Shown: piece by piece, positions 8,012 through 15,600 of the stretch
Layout of the letters: each line of letters begins with the position of its first letter
Numbering within the stretch: the first letter of the stretch is position 1
Virus record (IMG/VR): IMGVR_UViG_3300042431_000404
Coordinates: 1-24,362 of that record
Length of the DNA stretch: 24,362 bases
DNA from: a virus
Taxonomy: Duplodnaviria; Caudoviricetes
Direction: 5' to 3' (one strand)
Translations under genes and position numbers: made by a program
Notes under the pieces: generated by a model
Database searches by the model: none
What the model was told of the DNA's origin: nothing
The model's input: the letters and a program-made list of their open reading frames with translations, nothing else

Positions 8012-8802
8012 GAACTTATAAAAATATAATATCCCTCTCTAAAAATGAGAGGGGTATTTGGGATTTAGATACTATTAAAGGTTGTAATAGCGGATTAATT
8101 GAAAATCCAAATGGATGTTATAATGACTGCTATGCTTTTAAAACTGCTAAACGGTATGGAATTGATTTCAGCAAATCAATAGAAAGGCATTTTATAAATG
8201 ATTTACATAAAGAAAAAATTGTAAAACAAATAGAAAAAATAGATATGCCTTTTATTAGGATTGGTTGTTCTGGTGATCCATCTGAAAATTGGGAGCATAC
8301 TTTAAATGTTATAAAAGATATAAAAGAAAGTAGTCAGTTATCTTTATTTGATATTAGTTCAAAAAAACAAATAGTAATAATTACAAGACACTGGAAACAA
8401 TTAAATGATAATCAGTTGCAGAAAATTAAAAAATATAACATTTGCATAAATACATCTGTTTCAGCTTTAGATAATGATTATCTTATTAAAAATTCTATTG
8501 ACCAGTACAATAAATTAAAAAAATATTGCAAATCTGTTTTAAGAGTTGTAACCTGTGATTTTAATGAAAATAATGAAACAGGAAAGGCAAAAGCAGAAAT
8601 GCAACGTTTATTATTAAAAAATGAAAATGTAATTGATACCGTATTTAGACCATCTAAAAACAACGAATTTGTAAAAAATGAAATAATAAAAGTTAAAAAA
8701 ATGGCATTTATGAAAAGTGTTTCATTAGTTAGTAAATATAATAAAAAAACATTTTTAGGAAAATGTGAAAGCTGCTTAGAAATGTGTGGTATAAATTTAT
8801 AA
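8008..8802 (+). CDS. Atypical radical-SAM-like Fe-S protein
   Basis: GCNSGLIENPNGCYNDCYA (Cx10Cx3C), IRIGCSGDPS, IITR, INTSVSALD and C-terminal CESCLEMCG. ATGA overlap with the MTase. Confidence 0.65.
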   Translation: MRTYKNIISLSKNERGIWDLDTIKGCNSGLIENPNGCYNDCYAFKTAKRYGIDFSKSIERHFINDLHKEKIVKQIEKIDMPFIRIGCSGDPSENWEHTLNVIKDIKESSQLSLFDISSKKQIVIITRHWKQLNDNQLQKIKKYNICINTSVSALDNDYLIKNSIDQYNKLKKYCKSVLRVVTCDFNENNETGKAKAEMQRLLLKNENVIDTVFRPSKNNEFVKNEIIKVKKMAFMKSVSLVSKYNKKTFLGKCESCLEMCGINL

Positions 8803-8803
8803 T

Positions 8804-10039
8804 ATGCAACCCCGCCAATACCAAATAGACATCAGCAATTGCGCCGCCGACATCATCCGCAAATACGGATTGGTTTATTTAGCAATGCAGGTACGTTGCG
8901 GCAAAACCGCTACAGCCTTATTAACAGCGGCAAATCTGTCGCAAAAGTTGGTTCTATTTGTGACAAAGAAAAAAGTAATTGACGGCATCATAGTAGATCA
9001 CAAAGCATTGGGATTGAACTTCGCTTTGACGGTTACTAACTATGAACAATTACACAATGTAACCGTTTCACCTGATCTGATTATTTTGGACGAAGCGCAT
9101 TGTTTGGGGCAGTACCCGAAGCCTGCCAACAAAGTGAAGATTCTGAAAAAGCTTTGTGCCGGTAAACCTATTATCTACTTAAGCGGCACGCCCACACCGG
9201 AAAGTTACAGCCAGCTCTTTCATCAGTTGCACGTTAGCAGTTTTTCACCGTTCAAAGATTACATTAACTTTTACAAATGGGCCGCGGACTTTGTGGATAT
9301 TCGGCTCAAGTATTTCAAAGGCTTAAAAGTAAACGACTATTCAAACGCAAATCAAACTAAAATCAAAACCATGACAGATCATTTAATCATTCCTTTCACC
9401 CAGGAACAGGCTGGATTTAAACAGGATGTTATCGAGGAAATAGTAAAAATTAAGATGCAGCCGTCCACTTATTACCTTGCCGACAAACTTAAGAAAGACA
9501 GGATCTTTAACGGTAACAACGGCAACGTAGTTTTGGCAGACACCGGGGCGGCTCTTATGTCTAAGCTTCATCAGGTGTATTCAGGTACGGTTATAGACAA
9601 AAAAGAACAAACTTTAGTCTTTGACCGCACAAAAGCATATTGGATAAAAGAGAACTACAAAGGTAAAAAGATTGCTATTTTCTACAAATACAGAGCTGAA
9701 GAGCATATGTTGTATCTGACATTCGGGGCGGATCGCTTTACCTCAGATCCTTTGGAGTTCGCCAAAAGCGATTCTAAGTGGTTTCTTTCACAGATCAGCA
9801 GCGGACGTGAAGGTATTAACCTTTCAACAGCGGAGGCTCTGATAATGCTTAATATTGACTTTAGCGCCGTTTCTTATTGGCAGGCACGCGCCCGGATGCA
9901 AAGCAAAGACAGGGAGGAGGCATGCAGGGTGATTTGGCTATTCTCAGAAGGCGGCATTGAGGAGAGAGTTTACAAAATGGTGAAGCAGAAGAAAGACTAC
10001 ACTTTGAGTTATTTTAAACAGGACTTTGAGATAGGGTGA
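8804..10039 (+). CDS. Superfamily 2 (SNF2/ResIII-like) helicase
   Basis: Q-motif PRQYQ, CGKT, DEAH, SGTP, EGINL and QARAR motifs. Confidence 0.9.
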   Translation: MQPRQYQIDISNCAADIIRKYGLVYLAMQVRCGKTATALLTAANLSQKLVLFVTKKKVIDGIIVDHKALGLNFALTVTNYEQLHNVTVSPDLIILDEAHCLGQYPKPANKVKILKKLCAGKPIIYLSGTPTPESYSQLFHQLHVSSFSPFKDYINFYKWAADFVDIRLKYFKGLKVNDYSNANQTKIKTMTDHLIIPFTQEQAGFKQDVIEEIVKIKMQPSTYYLADKLKKDRIFNGNNGNVVLADTGAALMSKLHQVYSGTVIDKKEQTLVFDRTKAYWIKENYKGKKIAIFYKYRAEEHMLYLTFGADRFTSDPLEFAKSDSKWFLSQISSGREGINLSTAEALIMLNIDFSAVSYWQARARMQSKDREEACRVIWLFSEGGIEERVYKMVKQKKDYTLSYFKQDFEIG

Positions 10040-10091
10040 CTTCAAAATGTAGCCGGCTGAAAAAATATTTTAAAAAAATATTAAAAAAAGT

Positions 10092-10121
10092 TTTGCACTT
10101 TGTTGAAAAGTATTATCTTTG
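10092..10121 (+). promoter_or_regulatory. Bacteroidota sigmaA-type promoter
   Basis: TTTG (10092-10095), N18 spacer, TATCTTTG (10114-10121), with an A-tract upstream. Confidence 0.65.
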
Positions 10122-10141
10122 TGTAACAAAACAAAAAAGCC

Positions 10142-10321
10142 ATGACAACAATTAACATCACAAACAACCTGAAAGCTACAATCGAAATTAACGAAGATTT
10201 ATCTGTTTTTGTTACTACAAATTATAACGGTATAAAACGTACTAATTACTACCAAAATTTTCAGGAGGTAATTAATAATACAACAATGCCAGCTATCAAA
10301 AATTATTTTATTTCTTTATAA
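10142..10321 (+). CDS. Small hypothetical protein (59 aa)
   Basis: Hand translation MTTINITNNLKATIEINEDLSVFVTTNYNGIKRTNYYQNFQEVINNTTMPAIKNYFISL, between a promoter and a hairpin. Confidence 0.7.
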   Translation: MTTINITNNLKATIEINEDLSVFVTTNYNGIKRTNYYQNFQEVINNTTMPAIKNYFISL

Positions 10322-10330
10322 TTAACCACC

Positions 10331-10349
10331 GGGGGCTTAGCCCCCTTTT
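10331..10349 (+). terminator. Rho-independent terminator-like hairpin
   Basis: GGGGGC-TTA-GCCCCC-TTTT. Confidence 0.65.
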
Positions 10350-10361
10350 AAAACCTAAACC

Positions 10362-10454
10362 ATGCATAAATCATCATTTGACTTAACCAACAGACAGGCG
10401 GCCTACCTTCTCGCTGCTATTATCATCATCGGACTTTTTGCAGATAGTTTTTAA
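10362..10454 (+). CDS. Small single-TM protein (30 aa)
   Basis: MHKSSFDLTNRQAAYLLAAIIIIGLFADSF; ends 1 nt before the VRR-NUC start. Confidence 0.55.
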   Translation: MHKSSFDLTNRQAAYLLAAIIIIGLFADSF

Positions 10455-10455
10455 T

Positions 10456-10707
10456 ATGGAATCCAAAATACAAGCAAGGATCAAAGCACGCTTTGAGAAT
10501 GCAGGCTGGATCGTTGTAAAGCTTATACAAACGAACTGTAACGGAATACCAGATCTCATGTGTTTAAAAGACGGAAAAACGGTATTTGTTGAGGTAAAAC
10601 AACCAGGCAAAAAACCGACTGAACTGCAGCAATTTAGACATGATCAATTAACACAAAACGGCTTTCAAGTATTCATTTTATCATCAGAAAAAGAAATAAT
10701 TATATGA
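10456..10707 (+). CDS. VRR-NUC domain nuclease (Holliday-junction resolvase-like)
   Basis: MESKIQ, GIPDL, FVEVK and P..LQ motifs. ATG at 10456 preferred over the upstream TTG. Confidence 0.88.
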   Translation: MESKIQARIKARFENAGWIVVKLIQTNCNGIPDLMCLKDGKTVFVEVKQPGKKPTELQQFRHDQLTQNGFQVFILSSEKEIII

Positions 10708-10925
10708 AACAAACATCAATTTATTTAATGAAAGAAAAAGTAAAGTTTTTACATGATGCTTTCAAATATGACTTTATAAAAATATTAAATGTTACAGAAG
10801 ATAAAGATAACATTTGCAAAATAGATTTTGAATACGATCCTGAAAGAATGGCCTTTATATTTACAGATTTTTTCACAGCAGGGATATTCTACGGATTGAC
10901 TTTTAAAGAATCAAAAAAAGATTAG
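10704..10925 (+). CDS. Hypothetical protein
   Basis: 73-aa ORF overlapping the VRR-NUC end. Confidence 0.65.
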   Translation: MKQTSIYLMKEKVKFLHDAFKYDFIKILNVTEDKDNICKIDFEYDPERMAFIFTDFFTAGIFYGLTFKESKKD

Positions 10926-10927
10926 TT

Positions 10928-11158
10928 ATGCAAACATCAATAGAATGGTTATTTAAAAAACTATTTGATGAGCCAAAGGATAAATTTAATTGGTTCGCTT
11001 TATTTAATAAAGCCAAAGAAATGCACAAACAGGAAATAATAGATGCAGTAAACGAAGGGATAAAGGAGGGATATAGAGATTATATAGATACTGAATGGGG
11101 AAGGCAAAATGACTATAATCCTGAACAATATTATCAAGAAACATTTAAAAAAGACTAG
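10928..11158 (+). CDS. Hypothetical phage protein (KAKEMHKQEIIDA...EQYYQETF type)
   Basis: Operon packing; the pattern is recalled from freshwater Bacteroidota phages and was not verified. Confidence 0.7.
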   Translation: MQTSIEWLFKKLFDEPKDKFNWFALFNKAKEMHKQEIIDAVNEGIKEGYRDYIDTEWGRQNDYNPEQYYQETFKKD

Positions 11159-11160
11159 TC

Positions 11161-11586
11161 ATGAAATTGGAAACATCAATGCAATTAATAGAACAGGAGC
11201 TGCAGCCATTCTTTAAGAAAGTGCCAAAGCCTTTACTCAATAGGATTGAGCGTATTGTAAACGAAACACGCACTGTTGTAAGAAGGGAAATAGGTTTGCC
11301 TGATCGTTTGCCAACGTATCCCGATATGGAAAGTGAATGGCTTAAAATATGTGAGCTGCACAACCTAGATCCAGTTACCGCAAAGACTAAAAGAGAGGAG
11401 CCGCTTGTAGCTGCGAGGACACATTTTGTCCGCTATTTATTCCTGAAATATGACCGCGTGACGTTAAAAAGTATCGGTAAGTTTTTGGGCCGCGATCACT
11501 CAACCGTTATTCACATGCGCGACAGATCAAAGGTAAACTGCCCAATCCCACCCTTTTATCAGAAACGATATATAGTAACCAATTAA
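11161..11586 (+). CDS. DnaA C-terminal-domain-like HTH protein
   Basis: KREEPLVAAR...YL...TLKSIGKFLGRDHSTVIH matches the DnaA domain IV signature; no AAA+ domain. Confidence 0.8.
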   Translation: MKLETSMQLIEQELQPFFKKVPKPLLNRIERIVNETRTVVRREIGLPDRLPTYPDMESEWLKICELHNLDPVTAKTKREEPLVAARTHFVRYLFLKYDRVTLKSIGKFLGRDHSTVIHMRDRSKVNCPIPPFYQKRYIVTN

Positions 11587-11596
11587 AAAATATAAA

Positions 11597-11809
11597 ATGA
11601 GAAAAAAACCATTAACCGCGGAAGAAAAAGAAGTTATTGTAAATTATTTAAAGCAGGGCAGGAAACCGAAAGAAATCGCTGATGAACTAGGCATAAAGCG
11701 CCAGGCAATGGGTTCATATTGCCGCGACTTTAAACATCTTTACTATCCTAAATGCAACAGCACTTATTTTAATGTTGACCTTTATATTAAAACAGTTGCA
11801 ACATTATGA
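11597..11809 (+). CDS. Small HTH DNA-binding protein
   Basis: LTAEEKEVI..YLKQGRKPKEIADELGIKRQAM. Confidence 0.8.
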   Translation: MRKKPLTAEEKEVIVNYLKQGRKPKEIADELGIKRQAMGSYCRDFKHLYYPKCNSTYFNVDLYIKTVATL

Positions 11810-11895
11810 CAACCACAGTAATATTAATACCAATTATTTCTTTTTTGGTTACAGGCTTTGCAGTTTATCGGGAGTTTAAAAAGCAAAAATATTAA
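11806..11895 (+). CDS. Small single-TM protein (29 aa)
   Basis: MTTTVILIPIISFLVTGFAVYREFKKQKY; ATGA overlap with the HTH gene. Confidence 0.55.
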   Translation: MTTTVILIPIISFLVTGFAVYREFKKQKY

Positions 11896-12452
11896 GCAAT
11901 AAAAGAAAAAAAATTATTTATGAAATTATTTATTTTAACAATTCTATCTATATTAGCATTGTCAATATTTGCTATTATAATTACAAAAAGCGTTTTAATT
12001 AATCAAAATTGCACAGGTTATTTAGAACGTGCAGCGAATGCCAACACTGTAGAAACAGCAAAAGATGAATTAAAAAAAGCAATTGATTATTTACAAGCAA
12101 ATAACCTAACAAAAGGTTATACATCTATTTTATGGAAAACACCTGATGAAGATATTGAATTTTGGTATAAAAATTTAAAAGAAAGTTATGGGGAATTAAT
12201 GAAAGTTGATAGCAAAACTTCTTCATTTGAAAAAACAAATTTGCTGATGAAATTAAGAGAAACTCTTATTGATAACAGTTCAAAAGGTGATAATATAACT
12301 GTACCAAAAGGTATATCAAGACACCCAAATAATTTAATATGGGGGATTTTAATTCTTTTTTCAAGTTTAATAATAATATTTTTAATATTATTAATAGGTT
12401 TAGAATTGTAACTAGTTTACTAAAAAGTAAAGTAAGCAAAAATATTAAGCAA
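11881..12452. repeat. 19-bp exact direct repeat bracketing an inserted gene
   Basis: AAGCAAAAATATTAAGCAA at 11881-11899 and 12434-12452. Confidence 0.9.
11920..12411 (+). CDS. Two-TM membrane protein of unknown function (moron-like)
   Basis: N- and C-terminal hydrophobic helices flank a ~110-aa soluble helical domain; AT-rich. Confidence 0.8.
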   Translation: MKLFILTILSILALSIFAIIITKSVLINQNCTGYLERAANANTVETAKDELKKAIDYLQANNLTKGYTSILWKTPDEDIEFWYKNLKESYGELMKVDSKTSSFEKTNLLMKLRETLIDNSSKGDNITVPKGISRHPNNLIWGILILFSSLIIIFLILLIGLEL

Positions 12453-13053
12453 GGAAAGACATAAAGGCTTTGAATTTAGACTGTCTATCTGCAAGGCCGT
12501 TAAAGCCTCCGTTCACTCTTCGTGTTACAGCTGTAACGGATTCGGGTGTACTTAAATCGCAAAGCTCCCATAGTTTATTCCGATCAAAAAACCACAGAGC
12601 CGAATCCATTGGATACTTAGTAGCCACTTTATCAGGGCTAGCGACTAAGTTTTCTCCGACGTACTGACTTAATAATTGGTAATTGCTTTTGCCTGTTAAT
12701 TGCAGATAACCGCGGCCACGAAATAAATAACCTTCACCGCTTGCTTCGTTGCCGTTACCCATCCTGTTAGCATATACTCTGTTGCCAATCAATTCCGGCT
12801 GCATTGCGTACTGCTTTGAAATGGCATCTGTAGTGAAATATCTAGGGAATGTTTTTCTCAAACCATTTGCGGAGTATCTTAAATTCTCATAAACTAGTTT
12901 AAAATTTCCGCTTTCGTGTGCAACTTGAGCAAGGAAATGAGCAAGCCTTGTCTTATTAATAATGTTTGAAAGGTTCTTGCTGTTAGCTAAGTGATTATAA
13001 ACGGAAACAGGGATTTTATTCTCAAGTTTCTTTATCAGTATTTCGCTGCTCAT
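12445..13053 (-). CDS. Glycoside hydrolase family 19 endolysin
   Basis: AHFLAQVAHESG, FRGRGYLQLTGKSNY and TRRVNGG motifs; start MSSEIL at 13053 preferred. Confidence 0.92.
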   Translation of the reverse strand: MSSEILIKKLENKIPVSVYNHLANSKNLSNIINKTRLAHFLAQVAHESGNFKLVYENLRYSANGLRKTFPRYFTTDAISKQYAMQPELIGNRVYANRMGNGNEASGEGYLFRGRGYLQLTGKSNYQLLSQYVGENLVASPDKVATKYPMDSALWFFDRNKLWELCDLSTPESVTAVTRRVNGGFNGLADRQSKFKAFMSFLA

Positions 13054-13276
13054 ATTCTTTAACGTGTTTAAGTAGTTTCCTTTGTGCTGCAAATATTATC
13101 CTGAATGTGTTTCTTTTTACTGTGTTAACGTCATCTAGTTCATCTTCATAAGTTCTGTATTCGGCATCTGACAAATCAGCAAGGGTAGCAATAACCTCAA
13201 GCTGATTACTGATAATATCTAGCAGCTCAAAGCCAGTGTATTCGGGAAATTCAGGTGCTTGTATTTCTTCACTCAT
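13022..13276 (-). CDS. Hypothetical acidic helical protein
   Basis: 84-aa ORF overlapping both neighbours. Confidence 0.65.
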   Translation of the reverse strand: MSEEIQAPEFPEYTGFELLDIISNQLEVIATLADLSDAEYRTYEDELDDVNTVKRNTFRIIFAAQRKLLKHVKEYEQRNTDKET

Positions 13277-14256
13277 AAGATTTTACCTTTGTGAATACGA
13301 TAATTGTTAACGTGAAAGTCCTCTCCGTTGTCCGAAAGGTCAACTATTGCAAAGCCATGATTCCATTTGTTTAATGGCATGTATGCAGGATTCAATTCGG
13401 AAAGGCAACCCAAACTCCACGCTGTAACAGATTTGCCATTCATATCCGTTTCCGTATGTTCGCTAGTCTGGTGATTATGCCCCTGCATTGCTGAAACCTT
13501 ACCCTTCATATAAAGGCCGCGTGCAATGTTTACAGGACTGAAAACAGAAGGGTATTCGTGGCCATGAATGATGTTCAATTTGTTCGCCTTAATTATTCGC
13601 TTTTCGCCAACTACATCCATTTTCCGTTCGCCAGCTTTCAATAGATTCTCAAATTTAAACTCAGGTATTCCCAAAAGTTCAGGGGCTTTGTGCATAAGGT
13701 AGTGTTCATATCGTTCATCATGATTCCCTAGCTTATAAATAATCTTTGCTTCGAATTGCTTCAATACGTCTAGAAACTCATTTAAAGCCTGTAGTTCATG
13801 TGCAACTGATCTTTTACGTGGATCTTTTTGGAAACGTGAAAGGCCGTAAAAATCCACCGTATCGCCATTTAAAAGAATGGCATCAGGCTTCTCTTCATAT
13901 ATTTTATCGAGCGCGCACTCCAAAGCACTCATTGAATGATAAGGCACATGTATATCTGATAAAACAGCAAGCTTCTTTGCATTTAAAATAAACGGCTCAT
14001 ATTTTGCTTCATCAGATTCGGGCAGTTTCCAGGGGTTTTTTGGACGTTCTTCATTCATCATAAAGTCTTTATTTGATAGGTATTTTTTTTGCGCGTTGCC
14101 AACTTTGCCTTCGATATATCTAAGTGCAGACCTTGCTGAATCAACCGATTTGAACAACTGAATATTCTCATTATACATGATTCGCGCTAGTGTTAGGGTA
14201 GGCATCTTCATGCCATACTTTTCCCTGTATTCTATTGCGACATCTATTTTTCTCAT
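13273..14256 (-). CDS. Calcineurin-like metallophosphoesterase with N-terminal helical extension
   Basis: SDIH, GDTVD, GNHDER, HGH and GHNH motifs. Confidence 0.9.
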   Translation of the reverse strand: MRKIDVAIEYREKYGMKMPTLTLARIMYNENIQLFKSVDSARSALRYIEGKVGNAQKKYLSNKDFMMNEERPKNPWKLPESDEAKYEPFILNAKKLAVLSDIHVPYHSMSALECALDKIYEEKPDAILLNGDTVDFYGLSRFQKDPRKRSVAHELQALNEFLDVLKQFEAKIIYKLGNHDERYEHYLMHKAPELLGIPEFKFENLLKAGERKMDVVGEKRIIKANKLNIIHGHEYPSVFSPVNIARGLYMKGKVSAMQGHNHQTSEHTETDMNGKSVTAWSLGCLSELNPAYMPLNKWNHGFAIVDLSDNGEDFHVNNYRIHKGKIL

Positions 14257-14277
14257 TCAGCAAAAAATGTGAACGTA

Positions 14278-14862
14278 TTACTTTACTTTTTTCGTAATTA
14301 GTAAAGCTATAGGCTTTCTGAATAAAGCAAGCAAAACAATTAACAACCACCACATATAACGATTGCGCTGCTTTTTATATTTATCGGCATTATCTTTCGC
14401 TTCCGCATACTTTTTGCCATAATGCTCTTTTTCAGCCGTTAATCCTTCAATATAACCGTCTAAATCTGTTTGTATGTTTTGCATACTGTCAAGTAATACT
14501 TGACATTTGGCGCTGCTTTCCTGAACCTTTGTTATGTATTTGTATTTAATAACAGGCACTTTCTTTTCCTGAAAGATAGTCACAATCTCTTTTTTGATGC
14601 TATCGTTAACCTGCTCGCCCAAAAGAGAATCAAGCATCTGATATAAATAAACAAACTCCATTTCATAAGCCTGTAACATTGCTGAATCAATAATAGTAAC
14701 TGTATCAATAGTTTCCCGAATAGGAAAGTATTGTACACATTTTTGAGCTGCTAAAGTTGGTTTTTTATTAAAGAACTTGTCAAGTTTTTTTGGTAATAAG
14801 CATGACTGAAAAATGATGCATATTATCCACAAAATGACGTATTTTGTTGATTTGTCATTCAT
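14278..14862 (-). CDS. Lipoprotein with C-terminal TM helix; putative unimolecular spanin
   Basis: Start MNDKSTKYVILWIICIIFQSC (lipobox-like), a coiled coil, and C-terminal YMWWLLIVLLALF followed by a basic tail; lies in the lysis cassette. Confidence 0.6.
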   Translation of the reverse strand: MNDKSTKYVILWIICIIFQSCLLPKKLDKFFNKKPTLAAQKCVQYFPIRETIDTVTIIDSAMLQAYEMEFVYLYQMLDSLLGEQVNDSIKKEIVTIFQEKKVPVIKYKYITKVQESSAKCQVLLDSMQNIQTDLDGYIEGLTAEKEHYGKKYAEAKDNADKYKKQRNRYMWWLLIVLLALFRKPIALLITKKVK

Positions 14863-15094
14863 TATCGTTCTTTTTTGATGCATCTGATTTCGTAGCTCCA
14901 AAATAAAAGCCAACAACCCCGGCAAGCGCACCACCGAAAATAAACCCGGCAACTATGTTTACAATATCGTGATTTTCTTCAGGGATTGCTTTCACCTGTA
15001 ATAAATACATCAAACCAAAACAACCCAAAACAATAATGATTGCAAGGCTGTTTCTTATATCAGTCTTTGTAAGTCTTTTTAACCATTCTGGCAT
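14855..15094 (-). CDS. Putative holin (2 TM)
   Basis: Two hydrophobic helices, VVGFYFG motif and charged C-terminus; lies in the lysis cassette. Confidence 0.65.
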   Translation of the reverse strand: MPEWLKRLTKTDIRNSLAIIIVLGCFGLMYLLQVKAIPEENHDIVNIVAGFIFGGALAGVVGFYFGATKSDASKKNDNE

Positions 15095-15095
15095 A

Positions 15096-15260
15096 TTACT
15101 TCTTTTTAATTGATTTAATTACTTTAATAGCTGCTGGCAAATTGCGTAAAATCCAAACGGAATAACCAGTTATCGTGAAGACGAAAACAATGTCATTTTT
15201 CGTCACCAATGCCATTATACTAAGCATTGACATCATTAAAGGTTCAATCTTTGCGCTCAT
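15096..15260 (-). CDS. Small membrane protein (54 aa), holin/antiholin-like
   Basis: Hand translation MSAKIEPLMMSMLSIMALVTKNDIVFVFTITGYSVWILRNLPAAIKVIKSIKKK fills the gap between ORFs. Confidence 0.6.
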   Translation of the reverse strand: MSAKIEPLMMSMLSIMALVTKNDIVFVFTITGYSVWILRNLPAAIKVIKSIKKK

Positions 15261-15600
15261 ATTCTATCGCTTTTTCAACGTGATCTTTTTCTATTTTATT
15301 TAATAACCATGCTAATGCTTTGCCGGTATAAGTCAGATTGTTAAAGCGTTTATTAACTCCCAAAACGTGACTGATTGTCACGTCTTCATTGCCAAATCGG
15401 TAACCATCTTTTTTAATCATTGTGTAATTAAACAAGTCAGCACAAACTACATTTCCGAGTTGGTCGATTGACTTTGCGATTGTGAAAAGGTATCTGTTTA
15501 TTCCCTTAAATAATGTCACAATTATTTGAAAAATAAAGCCAACCGGAAGCAAAACAACCGATAAAAGCAAAGCAATTATAAGTAATATAAACCCTCTCAT
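15244..15600 (-). CDS. Conserved phage hypothetical membrane-associated protein
   Basis: N-terminal TM and SIDQLGN...GNEDVTIS..LG...DH pattern. Confidence 0.7.
   Translation of the reverse strand: MRGFILLIIALLLSVVLLPVGFIFQIIVTLFKGINRYLFTIAKSIDQLGNVVCADLFNYTMIKKDGYRFGNEDVTISHVLGVNKRFNNLTYTGKALAWLLNKIEKDHVEKAIEYERKD

Noticed and set aside
14823-14831. Perfect DnaA box TTATCCACA
   Set aside because: It is a single copy inside a coding region, compatible with chance in 24 kb of AT-rich DNA.
14863-14952. Longer N-terminal extensions given by the ORF track (also 13054-13092, 22195-22218, 10438-10455)
   Set aside because: They overlap upstream genes or terminators. Downstream ATGs give better operon packing and, for the spanin-like gene, a proper signal peptide.
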